64,000 nt of DNA, taken from the NCBI GenBank assembly GCA_964521875.1, contig CAZFTZ010000071.1, forward strand, positions 10,155 to 74,154, written 5' to 3'. The notes under the pieces are model-generated. The model had not been told where the DNA came from and did no database searches. It saw only the letters and a list, made by a program, of their open reading frames with translations. A program made the translations under genes and the position numbers. The stretch is from an uncultured Cellulomonas sp. (GTDB lineage Bacteria > Actinomycetota > Actinomycetes > Actinomycetales > Cellulomonadaceae). This document shows, one piece after another, positions 46,184 through 55,727 of the stretch (position 1 is the stretch's first letter; every line of letters begins with the position of its first letter).

Positions 46184-47521
46184 TCACGTGGCGCTCAATG
46201 CGGCGAGGCTGGCGTCGAGTTGCTCGAGCGTGAAGTCGATATCCGCGATGGTGTGCGCCGCCGAAATCGAGCATTGCTTGGTGGCGATCGGAATGAAGAA
46301 GACACCGCGCTCCACGAGCGTGCGCCGCAGGGCGACGTCTCGATCGAAGTTGTGGCCCAGGATGATGTCGTGCAGATCGCGCGGCCTGCGTTCGCTGAAA
46401 TAGAAGGAGAGTGCCGAACCCTGGCGGGCGACGACCGCGCGGACACCGTGCTTCGCAAAGAGCTCGCACATGCCTGCTTCGAGCCGCGCGCCGAGCTGCT
46501 CGAGGTGTGAATACAGTGCGGCTTCGTTCGCAGCGAGATACTCGATGGTTGCGATCGCCGCTGCGACGGCGACCGGGTGGCCATTGTAAGTGCCGGCGAC
46601 GAACGGTCGGCGCGCTGGATCGGGGTGACACAAATGATCCATGAATCGCTGCCGGCCCCCGACCACCGCGAGCGGGAAGCCGTTCGCGATTGCCTTGCCA
46701 TACACGACGAGATCGGGTCGAACGCCGCTCAGGGCGCTGAAGCCACCCAGGGAATGCCGAAATCCGGTTTTCACCTCATCGAAGATCAGAACGAAACCGA
46801 GCTCGTCGGCGAGCTTACGCAGACCTTCCAGGTAACCCGGCACCGGCTGCACGACACCGATATTTTGCAGCACAGGCTCGGTAATGACTGCGGCGATCGG
46901 ATAGCGATCGCATACGTAGCGCACGGAGTCGAGATCGTTGAAATTGACAGCGTGCACGAACCGTGTGGTCTCGACAGTAGTGCCCGAACCGAGCGGTCGC
47001 AGCGGATACTCGCCGGGCGACACGCGCGGGCCGATCTGCGCCACCGAGTTGAACACGTTAACCGCCAGCTCGTCGTGGTTGCCGTTGTAGCCGCCCTGCA
47101 TGACGATGAAATGCGATCGGCCGGTGATCGCTCGGCTCAACCGGATGGCGAGAGAGGTGGCTTCACTACCGGTGTTGAGCAGAGTCACCTTATCCACCGC
47201 ACGAACGTGCTTGCATATCAGCTCGGCAAGCCTGCCCTCCAGTGCAGACAGGCCCGCCCCGAAGAGACTGTCCGAGCCGTTCAGAATATCGATCGCGGCC
47301 TGGTTGACCGGCTTGAAGTTGTGCCCGAGCAAGTAGGGTGCGAAGCCTGCGTGGTAGTCGATGTAGCGCTTGCCATCGAGGTCCCACAGATGCGCGCCCT
47401 CGCCCCGCACGAATGCAATGGGAGGGTCGATGGCTCGATTCGCGGAGCTGATGCCGCCTGGAATGTACGCGGTGTTGCGCGCAATCAGCGCTTCGAGCTT
47501 CTTGGAGATGGTATTGCTCAT
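46184..47521 (-). CDS. Class III aminotransferase (GSA-aminomutase-like paralog)
   Basis: PGGISS, DLDGKRYIDY, TGSEA, FDEVKTGFR, GKAIANG, AGTYNGHP. Confidence 0.88.
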   Translation of the reverse strand: MSNTISKKLEALIARNTAYIPGGISSANRAIDPPIAFVRGEGAHLWDLDGKRYIDYHAGFAPYLLGHNFKPVNQAAIDILNGSDSLFGAGLSALEGRLAELICKHVRAVDKVTLLNTGSEATSLAIRLSRAITGRSHFIVMQGGYNGNHDELAVNVFNSVAQIGPRVSPGEYPLRPLGSGTTVETTRFVHAVNFNDLDSVRYVCDRYPIAAVITEPVLQNIGVVQPVPGYLEGLRKLADELGFVLIFDEVKTGFRHSLGGFSALSGVRPDLVVYGKAIANGFPLAVVGGRQRFMDHLCHPDPARRPFVAGTYNGHPVAVAAAIATIEYLAANEAALYSHLEQLGARLEAGMCELFAKHGVRAVVARQGSALSFYFSERRPRDLHDIILGHNFDRDVALRRTLVERGVFFIPIATKQCSISAAHTIADIDFTLEQLDASLAALSAT

Positions 47522-47587
47522 CCTGTAATCGTCGCGATGTCGAAAACGCCGCGTGCTCGAGGCACGCGGCAAGTGTGCCTCGGTTTT

Positions 47588-50062
47588 TCAGAACCGCTTC
47601 GCGATCGTGAATCCGATCGTTCGCGGCTGACTGACCGAGCCTGACCTAATGTTCGCCTGAAAGACCTCCTGGCTCGACTCGTAGATCGCCAAGTGATCGA
47701 ACAAGTTGGAGATGTACAGCGAGAGCGACAGATCGCCTTCGTCTGCTCCGAGGCGCAGATCGGTCAGGCCATAGCCGTTGGCGAAGAAGCGCGAGCGGGT
47801 AAGGTCGGCGCGCAGCAGTTGCTTGTCGCCATAGTTGTTCATGCGCTCGGCGATATAGCGATAGTCGGCTCGCAGGTAACCGGCGAAACTGCGCCCGAGG
47901 ATATCCGGATAGCGAAAGCTGTACTCCACACCGAGGGTAGCGGTGTACGGAGATACCATGCGCAGGCGATCGCCCTTCTTCAGGTTAACGCCCGGGAGTG
48001 AAGAACCGACGCCCAAGGGAATCGACGTGAACCTCGCGTCCGTGTACGCCAGAGCGCTGGTGAATTCCCAGCGGTCGTTCATCACGTACGCGAGCTCGAC
48101 TTCGATGCCATCGGAGGTCACCTCGCCGACGTTGGCCGGAATCTGTGCGTTGCACGCGGGATCGTATTGAACGAGCTGGATGCTCTGCTGCAGGTCCGAC
48201 CAGATGAGATGGTACAGCGCGATGTTTGCGAGGAGACGGTTATCGAGCCACTTCGATTTCAGACCGAGATCGTAGGACCAAACGGTGTCGGTCTTCGTGC
48301 CGTTCTGCAGGTCGTCGAGGACGCCGAGGGACTGCGCGAGGGGCGTGCAATGGGGCGCATTGGTGGCAAGGCCGGTCGGATTCGGAAAGCCCTGCGCCAA
48401 GCGCTTCCCTTGCGCCGCGGTGAAATAGAGCATCCGATTGTCGCCGAACTTGTAGGAGATGGTGGCGCGCGGGGTCACGCCGTTCTCGGAGATATTGCCT
48501 ACGTTTGCCGGCGTGTCGTGCGCCGTCAGGTCGTCGCCGACCGTGGCGCCGTTGGCTGCGCGACCGGAATAGAAGTCGCCATACCGCCATTCGAAGCTGT
48601 GGAAGTCCTGCTCGAAATAGCGTACGCCCGCACCGATCGAGAGTTTCGGGGTGATGTTGAGCGTGAGGTCCACGAAGGCCGCCTTGTTCTTGTAGTGTCC
48701 GCGACCTTCCGATGCGAGGACGATTCCTTCAGGCGTGAGAATGGGAACCGTGTTCGGGCCTTTCTTCAGGTTCCAGTCGGGCACGGAGACCGAGAACGTG
48801 CCGCCGCGGTTTTCATCGTGATAGTAGAGACCGGTAATGTAGTCGAAGGTCATCCCGCCGAAGAGCGGTTTACCCTGCCCTTGCAGGCGCAGCTCGTTCG
48901 TGACGATATTGCTCTTGGTGCGGAAGGGAAAAGAGCTCGCCGCAGGGAACGGATCGGGCGGTAGCCCTCCCGGGCCGTCCGCATCGAGAATCGGACGGGC
49001 GCCGGCCAGCAATGTCGGGATTTGCGGTGTGTTGTCGGTCGTCTCGCTGTTGCGGCCCTGATAGTAGCCGCCGACGTACTGCAGACTTCCCAGCGCTCCG
49101 AGCTCATAGGACGCCTCGAGGGATGAGACGGTGAAATCCTCGGTGAGCGGCTGCTTGGCAAATCGATTCAAGATGAGCTTGTCGCTCTTGACGTTCAGAT
49201 CCGCGATGGTCGTGGTGGCGTAGTCGGTGTTTTGCCAATTCACGAAGCCCTTGAGCGTGAAGTCATCGTTCGGGGTGTACTTGAACGAGAACCGGGCTCC
49301 CGTTTTGTCCATCTTGTTCGCATTGTCGATCGTGTTGATGCGGTTCGCTTCGCGGAAATCGTTGCCGTTCTTCGGGTCGAGCGGCGCCGTCTGCGAGAGG
49401 GAGGGCTGGATCAGATCGATGAAGCCGCCGTTGTGCTCACGGTTGGCTGCGAAGCGGATCGCCAGCACGTCCGTCACGAGCGGGACGTTCGCCATGAAGC
49501 CGAACTGGTTGGTCGTGCTGCCTTGATGAATGGCGCCCGCCCCTGCGTTGACTTCGGCGGCGAACCTGTCGGTACGTGCTTCGTTCGGAATGAATCGGAT
49601 CATGCCGCCCATCGCGGCGATGCCTTGGAGAGTGCCCTGCGGTCCGCGCAGCACTTCGATGCGACTCATGTCATAGAGGCCGGGGTCACCGTTCATGAAC
49701 GGAACTTGGCCTACCGTGAAGCTCGTCGTCGCACCTGAGGACACTTCCCAGAGCTGTCCCCGGTACACCTGGGTGACACCGCGGATGGTCGCGGATGGAC
49801 CGGTGCGGCGCGATGGGTCCTGGCCTTGTACGACCGTGATGCCCGGCACGTGATCCGCCCACTGACGGAAGCCGAGCATGCCTTGTTTTGTAATCTCATC
49901 GCTCGTGAGGGCCGTCACTGCGAGCGTGACCTGCTGCAGATTCTGCTCGCGTTTCTGCGCGGTCACCGTGACCTCTTGGAGCTCCTCCGCCCGCACTGGC
50001 GAAGCGGCGGTCGCCAGGATCGGAGCAGTGAGTGCGAGCAAGCGAATCAGTGGCGAACGCAT
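47588..50062 (-). CDS. TonB-dependent receptor (paralog 3 of 3)
   Basis: MRSPLIRLLAL signal; LQEVTVTAQKRE; RIEVLRGPQGTL; QPRTIG...RF. Alternative ATG at 50104. Confidence 0.95.
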   Translation of the reverse strand: MRSPLIRLLALTAPILATAASPVRAEELQEVTVTAQKREQNLQQVTLAVTALTSDEITKQGMLGFRQWADHVPGITVVQGQDPSRRTGPSATIRGVTQVYRGQLWEVSSGATTSFTVGQVPFMNGDPGLYDMSRIEVLRGPQGTLQGIAAMGGMIRFIPNEARTDRFAAEVNAGAGAIHQGSTTNQFGFMANVPLVTDVLAIRFAANREHNGGFIDLIQPSLSQTAPLDPKNGNDFREANRINTIDNANKMDKTGARFSFKYTPNDDFTLKGFVNWQNTDYATTTIADLNVKSDKLILNRFAKQPLTEDFTVSSLEASYELGALGSLQYVGGYYQGRNSETTDNTPQIPTLLAGARPILDADGPGGLPPDPFPAASSFPFRTKSNIVTNELRLQGQGKPLFGGMTFDYITGLYYHDENRGGTFSVSVPDWNLKKGPNTVPILTPEGIVLASEGRGHYKNKAAFVDLTLNITPKLSIGAGVRYFEQDFHSFEWRYGDFYSGRAANGATVGDDLTAHDTPANVGNISENGVTPRATISYKFGDNRMLYFTAAQGKRLAQGFPNPTGLATNAPHCTPLAQSLGVLDDLQNGTKTDTVWSYDLGLKSKWLDNRLLANIALYHLIWSDLQQSIQLVQYDPACNAQIPANVGEVTSDGIEVELAYVMNDRWEFTSALAYTDARFTSIPLGVGSSLPGVNLKKGDRLRMVSPYTATLGVEYSFRYPDILGRSFAGYLRADYRYIAERMNNYGDKQLLRADLTRSRFFANGYGLTDLRLGADEGDLSLSLYISNLFDHLAIYESSQEVFQANIRSGSVSQPRTIGFTIAKRF

Positions 50063-50111
50063 TTCGAGAAGACCCCCGTCGGTCAAAGTGTAGTCGCTGG
50101 GCATGTGTTAT

Positions 50112-50123
50112 TATAACGTTACA
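50112..50123. promoter_or_regulatory. LacI-type operator TATAACGTTACA (1 mismatch)
   Basis: Divergent receptor/YncE region; yields TATAAT on the - strand and TACAAT on the + strand. Confidence 0.8.
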
Positions 50124-50202
50124 ATAGATAGCATGCGCAGCGATTCACTGCAAGGGATTGGCCCCTGCAGCGCGCCGCTGCGGATATTTTCCAGGCATCT
50201 GC

Positions 50203-51372
50203 ATGCGCCACCTGCTCGTGTTGTCCGTCTTCGACCTGCTTGCATTTGCATCAGGAACGCTGCACGCCGAGATCGTGCTCAGCGCGAATGACGGCAAGAT
50301 GGCGCTCGTGAATGGCGAGCTGACCTTCCGTGAACAGGCGTCTCCCGACACCGTGACGATCATTCGCGTCGAGCGTGGCGTGCCTTCGGTGATCGCCGAC
50401 ATCGAGGTGCCAACGAGTGTGCTCGGGCCGCCCTTCTCTATCGCGCTGAGCCCAGACGAGCGGCTCGCGCTCGTCACTGCGCCGCCCTTTCTCGACTCTC
50501 GCACGCCGGGGAATGCAGCGGTCGCGGATGATCTCGTTTCGGTGCTCGACCTCACCTCCAATCGACCTCGTCTGATTGCGCAAGTGAAAGCCGGCAACGG
50601 TGCGGCGGGTCTGTCCATCGCACCGAACGGCAGGCTTGCGTTAGTTGCGAATCGGGCTGAAGGAACGATATCGGTGCTCGAGATCGAAGGTCTCGCGGTA
50701 CGCAAGATTGATACTGTACGAGTGGGCACCCCGGAATCGGGTGTCGCTCACGTTGCCATCGCGCCCTCGGGAACGCTTGCGCTCGTGAGTCGGGATGGGG
50801 ACAACACGCTGTCGTTGCTACGTATCGATGGCAAGCGCGTCAGTGATGGGGGACGCGAGTTCGGGACGGGCCTGAAGCCGTACGGCATTGCCATCTTTCG
50901 CGATAGCAGCCGGGCCGTCGTAGCGAACGTTTCGCTCGGACGAGGCGATGACGACACTCTGAGCATCGTGAGTCTCACGAGCGCGCCTCCCCGGGTCGTG
51001 AACACGGTCAGCGTGGGTCAAACGCCCGAGGGCATCGCGCTTTCTCCCGATGGGCGCTGGTGCGCGGTCGCGCTGCTCAACGGTAGCAACAAGGCTCGCT
51101 CTTCGCCGTTCTTCAATCCTCACGGCAAGCTCGTGTTGTTTCGGGTAGAGGGCAGCCTACTCATCCGCGTCGCAGAGCATCCGACTGCCGCGTGGCCGCA
51201 GGGCGCGCTCTTTACCGCCGACAGTCGTACGCTACTCGTCGGGAACATGACCGAACGGAGTATCCAGGTGTTCCACGTGAGCGAGAATGGCTCGCTGACG
51301 GAAAGCGCGCAAACGATTCACCTACGGGCAGGCAGCGCCGCGCTGCGGGGCGTAGAAGCCGGAATACATTGA
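50203..51372 (+). CDS. YncE/lactonase-like seven-bladed beta-propeller, probably exported
   Basis: Repeats of IALSPD / IAPNG..ALVANR..GTISVL / VGQTPEGIALSPDG; hydrophobic leader. Confidence 0.8.
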   Translation: MRHLLVLSVFDLLAFASGTLHAEIVLSANDGKMALVNGELTFREQASPDTVTIIRVERGVPSVIADIEVPTSVLGPPFSIALSPDERLALVTAPPFLDSRTPGNAAVADDLVSVLDLTSNRPRLIAQVKAGNGAAGLSIAPNGRLALVANRAEGTISVLEIEGLAVRKIDTVRVGTPESGVAHVAIAPSGTLALVSRDGDNTLSLLRIDGKRVSDGGREFGTGLKPYGIAIFRDSSRAVVANVSLGRGDDDTLSIVSLTSAPPRVVNTVSVGQTPEGIALSPDGRWCAVALLNGSNKARSSPFFNPHGKLVLFRVEGSLLIRVAEHPTAAWPQGALFTADSRTLLVGNMTERSIQVFHVSENGSLTESAQTIHLRAGSAALRGVEAGIH

Positions 51373-51388
51373 GCGATCGTGTTCGTCA

Positions 51389-52165
51389 TCAGGCATTCAG
51401 TTGGCCGCCATCGATAACGAACGTCTGACCCGTCGTCATCGCCGCTTCTCGAGTTGCCAGATAGACCGCGATCGGCGTGATGTCATTGGGATGGAGACGC
51501 CGTCCCATCGGGCCGATGCTGCGGCAGACCTCGTCGAGGGTCTTTCCGGATATCTCTGCCTCGTGCTGCAAGCGCAGATCGGAAGTGCGCGTGGCGCAAG
51601 TACCGGGGCATATTGCATTCGAGGTGATCCCGTCCCTCACATGCTCGCGCGCCAAGGTGCGCATCAGCCCAAGGAGGCCTGACTTGCTCGCCGTGTAGGC
51701 CGCGTCCTTGATGCCTCCGCGTAGTGCATTGATCGAAGCGATCGCGATGACGCGTCCGAACTTGCGGGCCGCCATGCCCGGCACACATTTCTTACAGAGC
51801 TGGTAGGGCACCTTGAGATTGATGTGCAAGGTGAGATCCCAAAATGCGTCGTCGAAGCTGACGATCGGCTGCGGCTCACCACCGCTTCCTATTCCGGCAT
51901 TGTTCACGAGCACGTCCACACGAGCCCCGCTGCGCTCGATCTCGTTCCACATGTCCTCAACGGCGCCGCTTCTGCTGAGATCCGCTTCTACGATCAGGCA
52001 GTCGCGCCCGAGCATGTGGACTTCGTCGCGAAGGGAGATCAGGTCGGCGCGTGTGCGCGCAGTCGCGACAATATCCGCGCCTTCGCGCGCATACGCGAGC
52101 GCGATGGCGCGGCCGATTCCGCGACTCGCGCCGGTGATGAGTGCTGTACTCCCTGTAAGTTTCAC
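51389..52165 (-). CDS. Classical SDR oxidoreductase
   Basis: GTG 52165 (GTGA overlap); TGASRGIG, NNAG, YTASK; ART suggests NADP. Confidence 0.92.
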   Translation of the reverse strand: MKLTGSTALITGASRGIGRAIALAYAREGADIVATARTRADLISLRDEVHMLGRDCLIVEADLSRSGAVEDMWNEIERSGARVDVLVNNAGIGSGGEPQPIVSFDDAFWDLTLHINLKVPYQLCKKCVPGMAARKFGRVIAIASINALRGGIKDAAYTASKSGLLGLMRTLAREHVRDGITSNAICPGTCATRTSDLRLQHEAEISGKTLDEVCRSIGPMGRRLHPNDITPIAVYLATREAAMTTGQTFVIDGGQLNA

Positions 52166-53478
52166 GACCCTCGCGCCCCAGCATCCGCCGCCCGAGCATC
52201 CGCTCGGATATGACGCGATCCGAGGTAGTAGTGAAGCACCGCCCACAGACCGAATATCGGCGTGATGATCAGCAGCGAGTACTTCAATGATTCCTCACCA
52301 CACCTTTGCGCAAGGAGATCGCTAAGGTAGCCGACCGCGACGGGCCCGATGCCGCCACTGACCAGATTGATGATGAGAATCAGCGTTGCCGAGGCAACGG
52401 CCCGCATACGTACATCCACAAGGGACGGCGTTATCGCGAATATCGGCGAGACTTGCATTCCACCGACGAGAAGCGGGATACCCAGGCAAACGAGGGCTAG
52501 TGTTGCGCTTTCGACCGACAGTGAGAGCATGAACACCGGCCCAGCGAGCAGCATGACGATCGCTGGTACGCGCAGATACCACCGCAGGTCGAATCGCGAG
52601 AGGCGATCGGAAAGATATCCTCCCGCGAGCAGGCCCACGATCTGTGCAGGTCCGAAGATGAGTGCGAGGACCACACCTGTTTCCTGGACACCCATGCCGT
52701 GTGAGCGGACGAAGAACGAAGGCATCCAGTTCACGTAGATCACCGCGAGCGCGTTGTAGAACGCGGACCCAAGTGCCGCATGACGGAAGGTACGATTCTT
52801 GAGAAGAGCGGCGAGCCCACGCCAGAACGGCACGGCCTGCGCGCTTGCGATACCGTCCGCCGCGCCACGCTTGGGCTCCTTCAACACCCCGATGAGAAGC
52901 AACGCAAAGACGAGACCGGGCAGTCCCACCACGATCAATGCATGGCGCCAGCCGTAGTGCTCGGCGACCCAGCCGCCCAGCATGAAGCCGATCAGAATTC
53001 CCATGGGCGCGCCGGCCAGATAGACGGCCATGGCGGTGGCGCGGCGCGACCCGGGATAGACGTCGGCGATGATCGAGTAGGAGGGCGGGCTCGAGCCGGC
53101 TTCGCCGATACCGACGAGCATGCGCGCAATGGCCAGCTGGATGAAATTCTGCGCCATCCCGCAGGCGGCGGTGAGGAGACTCCACGTGCTGAGAGCGACG
53201 ATCAGAATTTGCTTGCGGCTGCGTTGATCGGCCAGGCGTGCGATGGGTACACCGACTGCAACGTAGAACAGCGTGAACGCGACCCCCGTCAGCACGCCCA
53301 TTTGAGTATCGCTCAGGCCGAAGTCCTGCTTTATGTTCGGTAGCAGGATCGCGATCATGTAGCGATCGGTGTAGTTGAAGAGCGAGACCACGAAAAGCAG
53401 ACCCAGTGTGAGATGGGCCGCCGCAGCGCCCGGTGAGACGGCGGCTCCCCGGACGAGCGCGTCCGCGCGCGCCGTCAC
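52162..53478 (-). CDS. Spinster-like MFS transporter
   Basis: [35 protein letters not shown]. Confidence 0.92.
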   Translation of the reverse strand: MTARADALVRGAAVSPGAAAAHLTLGLLFVVSLFNYTDRYMIAILLPNIKQDFGLSDTQMGVLTGVAFTLFYVAVGVPIARLADQRSRKQILIVALSTWSLLTAACGMAQNFIQLAIARMLVGIGEAGSSPPSYSIIADVYPGSRRATAMAVYLAGAPMGILIGFMLGGWVAEHYGWRHALIVVGLPGLVFALLLIGVLKEPKRGAADGIASAQAVPFWRGLAALLKNRTFRHAALGSAFYNALAVIYVNWMPSFFVRSHGMGVQETGVVLALIFGPAQIVGLLAGGYLSDRLSRFDLRWYLRVPAIVMLLAGPVFMLSLSVESATLALVCLGIPLLVGGMQVSPIFAITPSLVDVRMRAVASATLILIINLVSGGIGPVAVGYLSDLLAQRCGEESLKYSLLIITPIFGLWAVLHYYLGSRHIRADARAADAGARGS

Positions 53479-54653
53479 CAGTCGCCTACTCCACCGTCCC
53501 GATAGAACACCCGCTGCAGCGCCTCCTGCTCAAAGGGGTGCTTGGCAATCTCTTTCTCATTCAGCTCGATTCCGAGGCCGGGGCGATTGCCGGGTCGCAC
53601 CGTGCGGGTAGCAGCGTCCACCGTGAAGCCTTCACTCACGACATCATTGCGCCAGGGCACATCCGCATGCACCGTCTCACAAATCACGTAGCTCGGTTCA
53701 GCGAACCCGAGCTGCAGGGATGCAGCGGTACTGACCGGGCCTTGAGGATTGTGCGGAGCGAGTGCTACGCGCGTTGCTTCGGCGAGCGCTGCCACCCGCC
53801 GCGCCGCCGAGAGACCGCCGCAATGAGTGATGTCCGGCTGTGCGACGCTGCATGCACGCATGGAGAACAATCGATGAAATTGTTCGAGGCTCGTGAGGCG
53901 CTCACCGGTGGCGATGGGCGTATCGGTTGCGGCTGCGATCGCGGCGAGCGCCTCGGGATGCTCCGGCCAGCAGGGCTCCTCGAGAAAATAGAGGCCATAG
54001 GGCCCCAGGGCTTTGGCGAAGCGCAATCCCATTTGCGGCGACGGGCGCGCGTGACAGTCGACCATGATGTCGATGCTGTCGCCGACGCGCTCGCGCATCG
54101 CCTGCACGCACGCCGCGGCCATCTTGATTGCAGCGAGTCCTTCGATCGGCATCGTCGCAGGCACCGCCATGCATTTGAATGCCGTGAACCCGCTCTCGAC
54201 GGCCTCCTGCGCCAGATCGGCGAACCGCTGCGCCTCGGCGACCGGCGTTTCGTAGAAATCCTCCATGCGGCCACCACCCAGATGGCAGTAGAGCCTCACG
54301 TAATCCCGCACGGGACCGCCCCACAACTTGAAGCAAGGCAGGCCCGTCACCTTACCGAGAATGTCCCACAACGCGATATCGATGCCGGCAAGCGCAGTCG
54401 CGCGCACGATCCCGTTCGAGTGCCAGAAGTGCTGGCGGAACATCGTCTGCCAGAGGTACTCGATGCGAGTCGGGTCTTCTCCGACGAGCAGGGTCTTCAG
54501 ATCCTCGATGGCTCCAACGACCGAGCGGGTGTGCCACTCGAGCGTGGCTTCGCCCCAGCCGTAAAGCCCCGGCTGATCGGTGATCACCTTTACGAAAACC
54601 CAGTTGCGCATGCGTGCATGGCACACGCTGGTCTGGACATCTACGATCCTCAT
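53475..54653 (-). CDS. Galactonate-dehydratase (DgoD)-like acid-sugar dehydratase, enolase superfamily
   Basis: [39 protein letters not shown]; SD GGAG before ATG 54653. Confidence 0.88.
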   Translation of the reverse strand: MRIVDVQTSVCHARMRNWVFVKVITDQPGLYGWGEATLEWHTRSVVGAIEDLKTLLVGEDPTRIEYLWQTMFRQHFWHSNGIVRATALAGIDIALWDILGKVTGLPCFKLWGGPVRDYVRLYCHLGGGRMEDFYETPVAEAQRFADLAQEAVESGFTAFKCMAVPATMPIEGLAAIKMAAACVQAMRERVGDSIDIMVDCHARPSPQMGLRFAKALGPYGLYFLEEPCWPEHPEALAAIAAATDTPIATGERLTSLEQFHRLFSMRACSVAQPDITHCGGLSAARRVAALAEATRVALAPHNPQGPVSTAASLQLGFAEPSYVICETVHADVPWRNDVVSEGFTVDAATRTVRPGNRPGLGIELNEKEIAKHPFEQEALQRVFYRDGGVGDW

Positions 54654-54672
54654 GTGTCTCCGCCTGCGGCCG

Positions 54673-54686
54673 TGTAACGTTATAAT
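54673..54686. promoter_or_regulatory. LacI-type operator TGTAACGTTATA with overlapping -10 TATAAT
   Basis: Central in a 39-bp divergent gap; TATAAT (54681-54686) ends 6 nt before ATG 54693. Confidence 0.8.
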
Positions 54687-54692
54687 AGGCGG

Positions 54693-55559
54693 ATGGCGCG
54701 CGCACGCATAGCGGTCTTTGGCCTGGGGCAGATGGGCGGGCGCTATGCGCGCCGCCTCCTCGACGCGGGGCACGCGGTGTCCGTGTGGAATCGCTCGCCC
54801 GGCAAGGCCCAGGAACTTGTCGCAGCCGGCGCGCTGCTCGCGACCTCACCTGCGCAAGCCTTGGCTGACGCTGACATCGCGATCGCAGCGCTCGAGAATG
54901 CTTCCGCATTTCGCGAGACGTTCCTCACAGGGCAGACCCTGCCTTACTTCGAGCCACGGCATCTACTGATCGATACGGGCACGACGCATCCTCGCCATGC
55001 GCTCGACGCACAGGCAGCTCTTGCGCCATCGGGGTGCGGGTACCTCGATGCGCCGGTGTCCGGCGGCACCGTTGGCGCGGCGCAAGGGACTTTGACGATC
55101 TTGGTCGGCGGCACGTCGGAGGCTTTCGAGAGAGCTCGTCCGGTGTTGCAGGTGCTCGGGCACCCACATTTGCTCGGACCTACTGGTTCCGGACAGATCG
55201 CCAAGCTCGCCAATCAAACGATCGTCGCCGTGACGATCGGAGCGGTGGCCGAAGGGCTATTCCTGGCCCAGCGCGCGGGCCTCGAACCGGGGGCGCTGCT
55301 CGAGGCGCTCCAAGGCGGATTCGCGGATGGGCGAGTATTTCGGGAGCACGGCGCGCGCATGGCGCGCCGGGACTTCAAATCGGGCGCAGCCAATCGCATT
55401 TTTTTCAAGGACCTGGCGGCGATCGCCACTTTGGCGCAAGAGCTCGGTACCGTGTTGCCCCTCACACGCCAAACGACCAGTGCGTTCCGGCATCTCATAG
55501 ACTCGGGCCACGCGGAGCTCGACCACAGCTCCTACTTTCACTACCTCGATGCGCGCTAA
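54693..55559 (+). CDS. Beta-hydroxyacid dehydrogenase (3-HIBADH/tartronate semialdehyde reductase family)
   Basis: [31 protein letters not shown]. Confidence 0.92.
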   Translation: MARARIAVFGLGQMGGRYARRLLDAGHAVSVWNRSPGKAQELVAAGALLATSPAQALADADIAIAALENASAFRETFLTGQTLPYFEPRHLLIDTGTTHPRHALDAQAALAPSGCGYLDAPVSGGTVGAAQGTLTILVGGTSEAFERARPVLQVLGHPHLLGPTGSGQIAKLANQTIVAVTIGAVAEGLFLAQRAGLEPGALLEALQGGFADGRVFREHGARMARRDFKSGAANRIFFKDLAAIATLAQELGTVLPLTRQTTSAFRHLIDSGHAELDHSSYFHYLDAR

Positions 55560-55644
55560 ACCGGCGCGATCCTGACCACCGCGTCGTGATCAGCTGAACG
55601 CCCGCCCCGCCTCACTGCGGTGCAAGCGCTGCCGCCTCCCCGGG

Positions 55645-55658
55645 TGTAGCGTTATAAT
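55645..55658. promoter_or_regulatory. LacI-type autoregulatory operator TGTAGCGTTATA with -10 TATAAT
   Basis: 2 mismatches from consensus; ~70 bp upstream of the LacI gene. Confidence 0.7.
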
Positions 55659-55727
55659 CACATCCATCGTGCGGTCCGTTGCACCAGCTTGGAACAACAA
55701 CGACCGCCTAAACAGGCAAGGGAGCCT

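Noticed and set aside
46184-47521. hemL assignment
   Set aside because: Only family-level similarity; it lies behind a TonB receptor with no tetrapyrrole genes.
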